From the NCBI GenBank assembly GCA_963665615.2, contig CAXXQE010000007.1, positions 62,001 to 126,000 of the forward strand: 64,000 nucleotides of DNA. Reading direction: 5' to 3'. A program made the position numbers and the translations under genes. The DNA is from Syntrophales bacterium (GTDB taxonomy: Bacteria; Desulfobacterota; Syntrophia; Syntrophales; UBA4778). The notes under the pieces are model-generated. The model was not told the origin of the DNA, searched no databases, and saw only the letters and a program-made list of their open reading frames with translations. Below are positions 1 through 9,898 of this stretch, piece by piece (the first letter of the stretch is position 1; each line of letters begins with the position of its first letter).

Positions 1-1641
1 GACAACATCAGTAAAGGCAAGGGCAAGGAAGGCGACATCGAGCTGCTTGAAGAGATGGCCGGCGTGATCAAGGACGCGGCCCTGTGCGGATTAGGACAAA
101 CCGCGCCGAATCCCATCCTCAGTACGATTCGCTATTTCCGCGATGAGTATGAGGCCCATATCCGTGACAAGCGTTGTCCGGCGGCCGTTTGTTCGGACCT
201 CTTCAAGTCGCCCTGTCAGAATACCTGTCCGATCGAGATGGATATCCCGTCGTACATCGCGCTGATTCGAGCCGAACGGTTTGAAGACGCATACAAGATC
301 CTGCTTCAGACCAACCCGTTCCCGTCAGTCTGCGGTCGTGTCTGCGATCACAAGTGCCAATCCAAGTGCCGCCGCGGCAATATGGACGAATCGATTGCAA
401 TCAAGTTCCTGAAGCGGTTCATCACGGATAACGCAGCAAGGCCTGTCGTCGGTCCGGCACCGCTAACGCGGAAGGAAACGATCGCGGTCGTCGGCGCAGG
501 GCCTGCGGGCCTGACCGCTGCACGCGATCTGGCGCTCCGTGGCTACAAAGTGACCGTCTTCGAGGAACTGCCGGAGGCGGGCGGGATGTTACGCTGGGCC
601 ATCCCGGCTTATCGTCTGCCGCGCAATATCCTGGCGCAGGAAATCGGCTATATTACCGCACTTGGCGTTGATATTAAGTTGAACACCCGCGTGGGCAAGG
701 ACATTTCCTACGAGCAGCTCAAGAGCCAGTTTGACTATATCTACATGGCGCCCGGCGCCCACAAAAGCCAAAAGATGGACGTCGAGGGCGAGGAATTGCA
801 GGGTGTTTACGGCAGCGTGGAGTTCCTGCGCGACTTCAATCGGAATGAAGACGCCTGGACCAAGGGCAAGAAATCCGTCGGCGCCCGTGTGGCTGTCATT
901 GGAGGCGGCAACTCAGCGATTGATGCTGCTCGCGTGTCCATGAGACTTGGGGCGGACGTCACGATTCTGTATCGTCGTGAAAGGAAGGATATGCCTGCGG
1001 CGATCGAGGAGATTATTGCAGCTGAGGAAGAGGGGCTCAAGTTTGAGTTCCTCGTTGCTCCGGTCAAGATCGAAGGGAAGAGTGGCAAGGTGTCCGGCAT
1101 TGTCTGCGACCGGATGAAACTGGGCAATTTTGATAACAGCGGCCGTAAAAAACCAGTGACCATTTCGGGCTCCAGATTTACGTTGGATGTGGATTGCGTC
1201 ATTTCCGCAATCAGCCAGGTTCCGGATTTGTCCTTTGTACCGAAGGACAGCGGCGTCTCCGTCAATAAATGGAGCGCCTTCGATCTGGCCAGGGGCAGCA
1301 AGTCAAAAACGACTTCCGATAAGGTCTATGCCGGCGGTGATGCCGTGACCGGTCCAGCTACAGTAATCGAGGCGATAGCTGCCGGTCATCAGGCAGCTGA
1401 CGATATTGATGCGGCCATACGTGCGGCCAATGGCGAACCTGCTTACGTCCAGCCCGAATCCGAGAAGATCGACGTTCCGCTGATTCTTGACGAAGAGACC
1501 TTTGAGGCGCCTCAGTGCAAGATGCCTGAGCTCCACGGAACCGGACGCAAGACCGGGTTTACTGAGGTGGAACTGGGCTTCGGCAGAGAGGAGGCCATTA
1601 AAGAGGCCTGCCGGTGTCTGCGTTGTGATGCAGAACTGTAG
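1..1641 (+). CDS. 5'-truncated NuoF/HydB-like flavoprotein C-terminus fused to a GltD-like FAD/NAD(P)H oxidoreductase domain
   Basis: Frame is open from base 1 (DNISKGKGKEGDIELLEEM...). NuoF tail ALCGLGQTAPNP...CPAAVC, then GltD-type PCQNTCP/CGRVCDHKC, GAGPAG, GGGNSAID and C-terminal RCLRCD. Confidence 0.85.
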   Translation, partial: DNISKGKGKEGDIELLEEMAGVIKDAALCGLGQTAPNPILSTIRYFRDEYEAHIRDKRCPAAVCSDLFKSPCQNTCPIEMDIPSYIALIRAERFEDAYKILLQTNPFPSVCGRVCDHKCQSKCRRGNMDESIAIKFLKRFITDNAARPVVGPAPLTRKETIAVVGAGPAGLTAARDLALRGYKVTVFEELPEAGGMLRWAIPAYRLPRNILAQEIGYITALGVDIKLNTRVGKDISYEQLKSQFDYIYMAPGAHKSQKMDVEGEELQGVYGSVEFLRDFNRNEDAWTKGKKSVGARVAVIGGGNSAIDAARVSMRLGADVTILYRRERKDMPAAIEEIIAAEEEGLKFEFLVAPVKIEGKSGKVSGIVCDRMKLGNFDNSGRKKPVTISGSRFTLDVDCVISAISQVPDLSFVPKDSGVSVNKWSAFDLARGSKSKTTSDKVYAGGDAVTGPATVIEAIAAGHQAADDIDAAIRAANGEPAYVQPESEKIDVPLILDEETFEAPQCKMPELHGTGRKTGFTEVELGFGREEAIKEACRCLRCDAEL

Positions 1642-1682
1642 TAGGACCATCCACGTTATTTGAAGTATGATGTTCATCTGAC

Positions 1683-1721
1683 CAGGGGTGTTGTGAGGCG
1701 GCCTGCCTTGCAACACCCCTG
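1683..1721. terminator. Strong hairpin (about 17 bp stem) after the oxidoreductase; possible terminator or stabiliser
   Basis: caggggtgttg-tgaggc / gccttg-caacacccctg inverted repeat; no U-tract. Confidence 0.5.
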
Positions 1722-1876
1722 ATGTTATCGGCGGGATGCAGCACACCTTTTGGCTTCTTGCCATGTACACGCGATGTTATTTGAATCCGGCCGCAAGCGC
1801 ATTCCCGGGCGCTTGCCCCGGGGAATCTCCGATGTGTCCGATTCGATCTATGAGATCTTTTAACCAACCGTCTGAT

Positions 1877-3223
1877 ATGAAGCGTCTATTTGTTCAGATC
1901 TCGGTGATTATTGTGGCGATGGGCGTCTTGTCGGGCTGCTACGTCTCAAAGATTCCCGCGCCGGCACGCCTGCCGAATGTCGAGGAAGCCTATCTGTCGT
2001 CAGAGTTCTGGATCAGCCGTTTTCCGTCCGCGCAGCGCGTTTTGATGGAACGAGCCGAAATTCAGCAGATTAACCGTATGGCGTTGAATGATGAGACGAA
2101 GCTCTCCGATCTCTTCAAGGAAGGGACGGACGACGTCCATCAAGTTAAACAGACGTACGCCTCGATTCGTCAGCAATTTCAGCGCGGGACTTATTACGAT
2201 CATACGGCGCTCCAGATTTCACAGGATTTTTTCGACAGGCTTTTCGAACGCATGGATCTGGAGCGAATGCCGGAAGATAGCGAGCCTGTCTTTTCGCTCA
2301 TTACGCGTGAAACCGATCTTCGCGAATTGCCGACCGAAGAGGTGATAACGAAATGGCCGGGTGATATGGCATTCGATGCTATCCAGTATGCACGGCTCGA
2401 ATGTGGCACGGTTGCTTTGGTCCTGCACCATACGGCCGACCGAAAATGGTGTCTGATCAAAACGTCCTTTGCCACGGGGTGGATCCGGAGTCTGGATCTG
2501 GCCGTGACATCCCGCCCAGAGGCGGCGCGATTTGTCGGGCTGCCGCCGCTGGTGATCACCGGGGCGCAAGCCCATGTCTATCTCGATCCGAGTTTCAATC
2601 TGTATGGGACCAGCCTTCCCATGGGGGCAGTGCTGCCCTTCGTGGTTCGCGATGGCGGCTTTCAGGTACTCATTCCCACGCGCGACGGCGAAGGCCGCAT
2701 GAAGCTCCGTACCGGCTACTTGCGCGATACAGAGGACGTACATATCGGTTATCTGCCCTATACGATGGAAAATGTCATCCGTCAGGCCTTTAAGTTGTAT
2801 GGTGTCCGTTACGGTTGGGGCGGAACATACGGCGGTCGTGATTGCTCGCGTTTCATTCGCGATGTTTTCAGGACGTTCGGCTTCAATATGCCTGAGAACA
2901 GTTACAGACAGTCGAATATCATCTTCACGCAGCGGATTGACGTTGCCGGCAAAAGGTCAAGGGAGAAAATGAAAATCCTCAGGAACTGTGAGGGGAAGCC
3001 GGCCCTGCTGTATATGAAGGGGCATATCGTTCTGTATCTGGGGTTCGTCAATGACCGTCCCTACGCGATGCACAGTACCTGGGGATATCGTGAACGGGGG
3101 GGCTGGGGACAGCCGCGAAAAAGGCAAGTGGGACGTGTTGTCGTATCGGATCTCTTTCTCGGAGAAGAGGGTGACATCGGCTCCCTCTTAGAACGGCTTC
3201 AGGTGATTGCTCCGCTCGACTGA
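1877..3223 (+). CDS. NlpC/P60 peptidoglycan endopeptidase lipoprotein with SH3-like domains
   Basis: Lipobox VLSGC after ATG 1877; YGWGG...RDCS...GHIVLY...AMHS catalytic motifs. Confidence 0.85.
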   Translation: MKRLFVQISVIIVAMGVLSGCYVSKIPAPARLPNVEEAYLSSEFWISRFPSAQRVLMERAEIQQINRMALNDETKLSDLFKEGTDDVHQVKQTYASIRQQFQRGTYYDHTALQISQDFFDRLFERMDLERMPEDSEPVFSLITRETDLRELPTEEVITKWPGDMAFDAIQYARLECGTVALVLHHTADRKWCLIKTSFATGWIRSLDLAVTSRPEAARFVGLPPLVITGAQAHVYLDPSFNLYGTSLPMGAVLPFVVRDGGFQVLIPTRDGEGRMKLRTGYLRDTEDVHIGYLPYTMENVIRQAFKLYGVRYGWGGTYGGRDCSRFIRDVFRTFGFNMPENSYRQSNIIFTQRIDVAGKRSREKMKILRNCEGKPALLYMKGHIVLYLGFVNDRPYAMHSTWGYRERGGWGQPRKRQVGRVVVSDLFLGEEGDIGSLLERLQVIAPLD

Positions 3224-3387
3224 TAAAGATGGAAATTGAGACGTGAAGAGGCTGGTAAAAAAAGAAGTTGATCGGTTCAGAAGTTAAGAAAAAGAAAAGA
3301 GCTACGCAGAAATGGGAGGGTGATGTGGCTCATCCTCTGCTCAACTTCTCATCTTCTCAACCACCCGCCCCTGAATGGGGCCGGCCG

Positions 3388-4767
3388 TCAACGCGTCATC
3401 CAGGAGCGAGAACGAACCGTGAAAACAGCGTAGGGGAAAATCCAGAAGAGCCCGAAAAAGGAAAAGTAAGCATATAGGATGCCGTAGACGAAATCCCAGG
3501 AGGCTTCCGAACGCAGGTAGTAGAACATGTGAAAGCATGAAACCAGGCCCATGGTCAACAGAAGCCTCAGTAGGGTTATCGGATCCTGATAGATAAAGAA
3601 ACCCAGCAGGCCGATCGTCGCGTATCCTACGGGAAAACGAAGATTCGTAATCAATTTGTCGAAAACGGCGACGAGGCACGGCACCAAGGGGCGTCTCCAG
3701 ACGATCTTGCGAGCGAAGAGAATCTCTTCGCGAACATAACTTCTATTCCAGCGCAGATACATCTTGCAGAGCTTTTCGTAAGTCCAGGGCACGACCGTAT
3801 GGACCACAGCGGTGCGTTGATAGACCGCATCGTAGCCTTGTGCCAGGATCAGGTTGGTCAGGGCCCTGTCTTCCCCGTAGGTGCAATTCCTGCCCAGAAA
3901 ACGTTGGCTCATCCATTGCCCCAGGATGCGCCGGACGACGGAAACGCGATAGGCTGATAGGGCCCCCGGGCAGCAATAGACGGTGCCGAACGCCGATTGG
4001 ACGGCCCGTAAAAAATCGAACGACAAGATGTAGCGGACGTGAAGCATCCGGGGGATCAATCCCTGGTATCGATTATAAACTGCGACTTTTCCCGCCACAG
4101 CCGCGACTTTGCGGTTTCTGAAGGGGCCGCAGATTGCCAGCAGGGTGCCCGTTTCGATCACGCTGTCCGAATCGATCGTCACGACGATCTCTCCGCGCGC
4201 GTAACGGAATCCCGTTTCCAGTGCAGCCCGTTTGCCCCTGTTGACAGGGAATCGGATGGCTGTCAGCCGCTTGCCGTAATGCATTGAGGCGGCATGAATA
4301 TGTTCCCACGTATCGTCCCGACTGCCGTCGTCAATCACGAGAATTTCGAGTTTATGACGTGGATAGTTGTCCGAGGCAACTGAATCGATCGCCTTGCGCA
4401 CCATTGCCCCTTCATTGTATGCGGGAATGATAACAGTTAGACTCAGGGCAGCGTCCTGTGTAGCGGAAGGAAAGGGTTTATAGAAGAACCAAAGAATTGT
4501 TCTGAATGACAGCAGCAAAAAGCCCATTAAGAGCCACAAGATGCAAGGACGAACCAGAACGGTGCTCCATTGTGTCTGTTTAACAGCCAGGAATACAGGA
4601 TCAAAGAAGTTACAGGTAACCGTGCCGTAGGCGATCATGATCAGGCCGGCAAGGATGACGGGCTGAATCAGTCGATTGGTTGTCTCTTTTGAACGCTCGG
4701 GAAATGTGGAAGGAAACGCGTTCTCCTCATCAAGGTCTTGCAGAGGTTTTTTTAATGCATACGACAT
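3388..4767 (-). CDS. Processive family-2 glycosyltransferase, hyaluronan synthase/NodC-like
   Basis: PAYNE, DDGS, NRGKR, DSDS, CCPG, GEDR and xxxRW motifs; transmembrane helices at both ends. Start uncertain. Confidence 0.85.
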   Translation of the reverse strand: MSYALKKPLQDLDEENAFPSTFPERSKETTNRLIQPVILAGLIMIAYGTVTCNFFDPVFLAVKQTQWSTVLVRPCILWLLMGFLLLSFRTILWFFYKPFPSATQDAALSLTVIIPAYNEGAMVRKAIDSVASDNYPRHKLEILVIDDGSRDDTWEHIHAASMHYGKRLTAIRFPVNRGKRAALETGFRYARGEIVVTIDSDSVIETGTLLAICGPFRNRKVAAVAGKVAVYNRYQGLIPRMLHVRYILSFDFLRAVQSAFGTVYCCPGALSAYRVSVVRRILGQWMSQRFLGRNCTYGEDRALTNLILAQGYDAVYQRTAVVHTVVPWTYEKLCKMYLRWNRSYVREEILFARKIVWRRPLVPCLVAVFDKLITNLRFPVGYATIGLLGFFIYQDPITLLRLLLTMGLVSCFHMFYYLRSEASWDFVYGILYAYFSFFGLFWIFPYAVFTVRSRSWMTR

Positions 4768-4939
4768 ATGCTTGGTCCGCGAAAACACCTTCAAATTGTT
4801 GTGAGTAACAACTCATCAAAGCAAGCTGCGGGAGTGCGCTCCCCATTGAATTCAAAATCAAGAATCCGCATGGCGATCGAAACCCTTTAATCGCGAGATA
4901 TAATCGACATCCCTTTACAAGCGATTTGCAACCGTATCC

Positions 4940-5989
4940 TTATTTAATCAGCTCCGCCAATGTCCGGATGAGGCAGTCCGTCTGCTCATCGGTACCGATC
5001 GATATGCGTAGTTTATCGTCGAGCTTCGGCTGATTGAAATAGCGAACCAAAATACCCCGTTCCTTCAAGGCCAGATAGAGCTCTTCTGCATTACCTTGCG
5101 GGGGGCGTACCAAAATAAAGTTGGCCTGGGAGGGCCAGACGCGAAATCCCATGATCGTTAGCGCTTCTGAGAGTCGCATGCGCGTTGCTACGATTTTATG
5201 CGCATTGATGGTTTTGTATGATTGATCCTCGATGGCGGCGGCACCAGCCAGACAACTGGCCGCATTGACGTTGTAGCTGTCCTTTACCTTGAAAAAACCG
5301 TTGAGCAGATCCGGATGTGCCATCGCGAAACCGAGCCGCAGGCCCGCTAAGGAGTATCCCTTTGAAAGGGTTCTCAGGATGACCAGGTTCGGATATTGAG
5401 CGAGCAACCCCAGGGCGCTTTCTTCGGCGAAGTCGACATAGGCCTCGTCAACCACCAGAAGGCCCTCCAGTTGGCCGGCCAGTTGGGCTAGCACAGAAGC
5501 GGACCCAACGGAGCCCGAAGGGCTGTTCGGAGAGGCAATCAGGGTGACCGCACCCCGAGCTGCGACGAGATCCGTTACGGGGATGGTGTATGCGTCGTCG
5601 AAGGGGATTTCCCGGCAGGGTGTATCCTGCATCTCCGCGAGGGTACGATAGAGCACGTAGGTTGGCATGGGATAAACGACGCATCGGCTTTCCCCGCAGC
5701 AACTTCGAATGATGATCGACAACAATTCATCGCTGCCGTTGCCGACCATGATCCAATCCTTGGGGACATCAAACGTTCTGTGCACCGCTTCCACTACGCG
5801 CCGGGAATACGGATCGGGATAGCGGCGCAGGAGCTCCGGGTCAAAGCGGCGCAGCACCTCGACGGCCGCCGGCGATGGCGGGTAGGGATTTTCGTTGGTA
5901 TTGAGTTTGATAACGTTCGAGCCGGGCAAGGGTTGTTCACCCGGGACATAGCCCTGCATTCGGTCAATCGTGGTTCGGAAATAGCTCAT
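4940..5989 (-). CDS. hisC: Histidinol-phosphate aminotransferase
   Basis: KLNTNENPY, GNGSDE, DEAY, RTLSKGYSLAGLRLG PLP-lysine motif. Confidence 0.92.
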   Translation of the reverse strand: MSYFRTTIDRMQGYVPGEQPLPGSNVIKLNTNENPYPPSPAAVEVLRRFDPELLRRYPDPYSRRVVEAVHRTFDVPKDWIMVGNGSDELLSIIIRSCCGESRCVVYPMPTYVLYRTLAEMQDTPCREIPFDDAYTIPVTDLVAARGAVTLIASPNSPSGSVGSASVLAQLAGQLEGLLVVDEAYVDFAEESALGLLAQYPNLVILRTLSKGYSLAGLRLGFAMAHPDLLNGFFKVKDSYNVNAASCLAGAAAIEDQSYKTINAHKIVATRMRLSEALTIMGFRVWPSQANFILVRPPQGNAEELYLALKERGILVRYFNQPKLDDKLRISIGTDEQTDCLIRTLAELIK

Positions 5990-6066
5990 AATTGCTTTTG
6001 GTCGCTCCTGCAGCGGGTGAAAGGATCTTCACGACGCGCTAAAAATTCCAGAAAACGATGAAATAG

Positions 6067-7137
6067 TCAACTCCTTTGTTCCCCGGCATCGATGTTTTTC
6101 TCCGAGGGGGGATCGTGTGCCTGCGGGGCTTCAAACATCGTCCACAGCGACAGCAAAACAGACGCGATGACCGGTCCGATAATGAAACCGGAAAAACCGA
6201 AGACGACCAAACCGCCCATCGTAGACAGAAAAATGAGCAGGGGATGAAGCTGCGTTTCTCGACCCACGAGAAGCGGGCGCAGAAGGTTGTCGATGATCCC
6301 GACGACGAAAGTTCCCACCAGGAGGATCGTTAGCCCCTGCCACGTGCGCCCTAAAAAGAGCATGATGATCCCCGCTGGCGCCCAGATGATGGTGCTGCCG
6401 ATGGGGAGGACGGAGGTCAGCATCATCAAAACGCCCCACATGATCGGCGCCTCGATCCCGGTCAGCCAGAAGAGCGCCCCTCCGGCGATTCCCTGCAGTC
6501 CGCCCAGAATCAATGTGCTTCTCAAGGAGGCCTTGGTGATGGTGAGAAATTGGTCCATGATGATCCTGGAGCGCTTTTCATTAAGCGGGAAGAGTCTGAA
6601 ACAGGCCTTGAGAATTCTGTCGCCGTCCCGGAGTAGATAATAGAGCGTGTAGATCATAACAGCAAACATCACCAGAAAGACAATGAGATTCTGAGTCAGA
6701 TTGCCGAGCGAATTGAAAATAAACTTGCTGGCGTCGGCCGCCAATTCGGATAATTTGGCGGTAAGCATCTGTGAATCGATGTTGAAATGCTGCATCAGGC
6801 GAGTATTCTGGAGTGCCTCCAGGGTCTTTTCAACTTGGTCGCTGAAGGTTCCCTGTTCGATGGTGTCATAGAGGCGCACCGATTCGTCGATCAGCATCGT
6901 TCCGATCAGCGTCAAAGGCAGCAGGAGGACGACAAGCAGCAGGAAGATGGTCGCCAGCGCATTGAGATTGGGTAAATGCTTCTTACGATTCAAAAGGTCG
7001 TAAAAGGGTCTGGCGAGGGCGGCAATGATGGCGGCCCAAAAAACCGGAAAGAAAAACGGGCTCAAGATATATAAAAATAAGAGAGTCACGCCAACAAGAA
7101 CAACGAGGGAAGAAACTTTGGAAAGTCTTTCTTTCAT
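6067..7137 (-). CDS. AI-2E family transporter
   Basis: Multi-TM protein with DNLLRP and HPLLIFLSTMGG...GFIIGP motifs. Confidence 0.88.
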   Translation of the reverse strand: MKERLSKVSSLVVLVGVTLLFLYILSPFFFPVFWAAIIAALARPFYDLLNRKKHLPNLNALATIFLLLVVLLLPLTLIGTMLIDESVRLYDTIEQGTFSDQVEKTLEALQNTRLMQHFNIDSQMLTAKLSELAADASKFIFNSLGNLTQNLIVFLVMFAVMIYTLYYLLRDGDRILKACFRLFPLNEKRSRIIMDQFLTITKASLRSTLILGGLQGIAGGALFWLTGIEAPIMWGVLMMLTSVLPIGSTIIWAPAGIIMLFLGRTWQGLTILLVGTFVVGIIDNLLRPLLVGRETQLHPLLIFLSTMGGLVVFGFSGFIIGPVIASVLLSLWTMFEAPQAHDPPSEKNIDAGEQRS

Positions 7138-7372
7138 GTCAGGATCCTCGACAGTGCATGGAGATTCACCGGTACAAGCTTCGCGAATCTCCGCTCCCTA
7201 AGGGGGACGCTCGGTTCTGATCTCTTCGCTTACCCCGCGGTCGCCCGCAGGGAGCGTGCTTGCTGCCGGATTCAAATGACGCACCAATCTAAAAGCAATG
7301 TTCTTGAAATGCAAGCATAATAAGGGGACAGTGATGGTCGCTTGGGGGCTGCGCTGCGATTGAGAATCGGAG

Positions 7373-9661
7373 TTACACCTTATCGGACTTATCCGGGATT
7401 TTCACCTTGCGACCGACGAAGAGGGGGTCCTTTAAGCGCATGCCGTTTGCCTTGAGGAGCGTATCGAGCGGGATATCGTATTTTTGCGCAATCTTGGCGA
7501 GGGAATCCCCCTGTTTAACGACATGCAGCTTCTTTCGCGGCGGCGTTTTCTTTTCTTCGTGCGGCGCGACAGTTTCCTCGGACACTCGATCAGCCTCCGC
7601 AACAGGAATGGTCAGCATCCTGCCGACATAGAGAGATGCGCTTGCTTTGATCTTGTTGGCTTGGCAAATTGCCTGAACAGAGCAATGGTGATGCGCTGCA
7701 ATTTTTGCCAGATTGTCGCCCCGCTGGACGAGGTGCCGGATAGGTTTATCGGAAACCGGTGCAGCGGTTTTATCCCGTCCGGCTTTCTCGGGCCGATCGT
7801 CGAATTCTGCGAGCCTGATTTTCTGTCCGATCAGCAGCGGCGCATTCGCGTCGAGCTTGTTGATGGCGCACAGGGCGTTCACCGTCAGGTCGCATTGCTC
7901 GGCGATTTTGGCCAACGTATCCCCTTTTTTGACGATGTAAGGCGCTGGCTGCTTCTGGGGCGCGAACGCGGATTTTGAGACGGCCTTTTTCTCGTCTGCC
8001 GCGTCGTTGCAAGGGATGGCGAGTTTCTTTCCGACAAAGAGCGGGGCCGCAGGATCTATTGCATTGATGCGGCACAGCAGCTGCGTCGTCGTATCGAACC
8101 GCTCGGCAATTTTGGCCAGGGTGTCTCCATTTTTAACGACATAGGGTTCAGTTTTTTCAGGAGTGGGTTTACCGGCGCTCTTGCCTTTTTCCGGCGGGAG
8201 ATCCGATTTTTTCACAATCGAACGTTCGCCGCGTTTCGAAGGTTCTTTTTCAGTGAGATAGACTTTCAGGTAGTGCTTCGTCAGAGGTTTGTCCGCGCCC
8301 AGGTGGTTCAGTTTGATCAACTCATCGACGGATAGGTCGAATTTATCGGCGATACCCTGGATCGTCTCCCCTTTTTTGACCGTGTAAATAATCATTTTTG
8401 GCAGCGGTTTGGAGCCGGACACCTGGCGCGGTGGTGCTTTGGCGGCCTTATCTTCATTTTTGCCGTCGCTATCGTCCGCCTCGTCGCCATCCTTAGCCTC
8501 GTTCAGGGCGATATGAAAGGCGTCGTCATCCGGTTCCGGATCGCGCAGGAAATATTGAATGGCATTGCTCAGGGCCAGCGAAACGCGATTCTGATGCCGG
8601 TTGCTGGTCAGGCGTTTTTCCTCTCTCAGGTTGGTGATATAACCCGTCTCCACCAGGATCGAGGGGATGTGGGGGAGCTTCAAGACGATAAAGGGCGCCT
8701 CCTGGACATTGGCAAATTTGATGGGATTGAAACGGCCAACGCGATCCAGAACCATCCGCCCGAAGGATTTGGACATATTGATGGTTTCGGTCTGAAGCAT
8801 GTTCAGGGTAATCGGATCGGATTCATCGCTGCCTGTACCCCCGTTAGAGCCGCCGACGATGTCTGCGAGGTTTTCCTGGCGGGCAAGGAGTCGCGCGGCG
8901 GCATTACTGGCGCCGTTGGTGGATAGGACATAGACAGAGGTTCCCTGAGGTGCTCGGCTGCGGGCTGCATCGGCATGAATGCTGATAAAGAGATCAGCCC
9001 CGTATTCTCTTGCAATCTGGAGACGCTTTTTGAAAGAGGGATAGTAGTCGTCGTCACGCGTCAGGAAGGCACGATAGCCCTTGCGGTGGTTGAGCAGCCA
9101 CTGGAGTTTTTTTGCGATTGCCAGGACGACATCCTTTTCCATCGTCTTCGAGGGCCCAATCGCGCCGGGATCTTCGCCGCCGTGTCCAGGATCGATAACG
9201 ATGATTTTGTCCTTTTGCGCGGCCTTAAACTGCTGTCGCTCTTCACTGGCCTTCTTTTCGAGTTCCGGGAAACTCAGATCGATGACGACTCGGAAAGGTT
9301 TGTCGGAGATCTCTCTGAGTCTAAAGACCGAAGCAACTGCGCCGTCCTTGAGCTCCAGGCGAACCTGTATGGTTTGAGGCGCTTGATCGGAGACGAGGAT
9401 TTTCTGAAGGCCATGGACATTGAGCGGCATCTCGCGCTCTAGATCCTCCGGGAAGGTCGCATCGCGAAAGACGATGCTCAGTCCTTGGGAATCCTTGGCA
9501 ATCTTGATGTCGGCCTCGTCGCTGGTATCGATAACGATCCGCGTATGTTCCGGTGCCGCCCAGTGACGGATATTGAGAATGGCGGTTTCGCAGAAGACCG
9601 GCGTGGCTATAAGAACAATCAGCAGAACGACCGGCAACGCAATTGCGTATTTTGAACACAT
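7373..9661 (-). CDS. N-acetylmuramoyl-L-alanine amidase with AMIN domain and five LysM repeats
   Basis: Signal peptide; IDPGHGGEDPGA, FISIHAD, SILVETGY; five V(K/Q)xG(D/E)(T/N/S)xxxIA LysM units. Confidence 0.92.
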   Translation of the reverse strand: MCSKYAIALPVVLLIVLIATPVFCETAILNIRHWAAPEHTRIVIDTSDEADIKIAKDSQGLSIVFRDATFPEDLEREMPLNVHGLQKILVSDQAPQTIQVRLELKDGAVASVFRLREISDKPFRVVIDLSFPELEKKASEERQQFKAAQKDKIIVIDPGHGGEDPGAIGPSKTMEKDVVLAIAKKLQWLLNHRKGYRAFLTRDDDYYPSFKKRLQIAREYGADLFISIHADAARSRAPQGTSVYVLSTNGASNAAARLLARQENLADIVGGSNGGTGSDESDPITLNMLQTETINMSKSFGRMVLDRVGRFNPIKFANVQEAPFIVLKLPHIPSILVETGYITNLREEKRLTSNRHQNRVSLALSNAIQYFLRDPEPDDDAFHIALNEAKDGDEADDSDGKNEDKAAKAPPRQVSGSKPLPKMIIYTVKKGETIQGIADKFDLSVDELIKLNHLGADKPLTKHYLKVYLTEKEPSKRGERSIVKKSDLPPEKGKSAGKPTPEKTEPYVVKNGDTLAKIAERFDTTTQLLCRINAIDPAAPLFVGKKLAIPCNDAADEKKAVSKSAFAPQKQPAPYIVKKGDTLAKIAEQCDLTVNALCAINKLDANAPLLIGQKIRLAEFDDRPEKAGRDKTAAPVSDKPIRHLVQRGDNLAKIAAHHHCSVQAICQANKIKASASLYVGRMLTIPVAEADRVSEETVAPHEEKKTPPRKKLHVVKQGDSLAKIAQKYDIPLDTLLKANGMRLKDPLFVGRKVKIPDKSDKV

Positions 9662-9898
9662 GGCATAACCCTCTGAGCGCGATTTGTAACAGATTTGAAG
9701 GGTGAATACAACAGAGGATGCTGCGACGGTCAGACGGGACCTTTATCGAGCGGGGCGCCTTTGGTCTGTCGTTTGACATGTCCCGGGCTTTCTGGTATGT
9801 CTGCTCATCCTTCTTATCCTTGGACAATTTTCTGAAAGGATCGGGGATTCGGTGAGGCTTTGCGCGCCGAATAACAATCATGACGCTGTGAGGGTTAC

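Noticed and set aside
7150..7290. SRP RNA, 6S RNA or a known riboswitch
   Set aside because: Lacks the SRP GGAA/GCAGC core, is short for 6S, and shows no aptamer consensus I recognise; kept only as an unknown structured leader.
7373..8400. Repeated DNA segments as a CRISPR or repeat array
   Set aside because: They are LysM coding repeats. No CRISPR array or cas gene was seen anywhere in the window.
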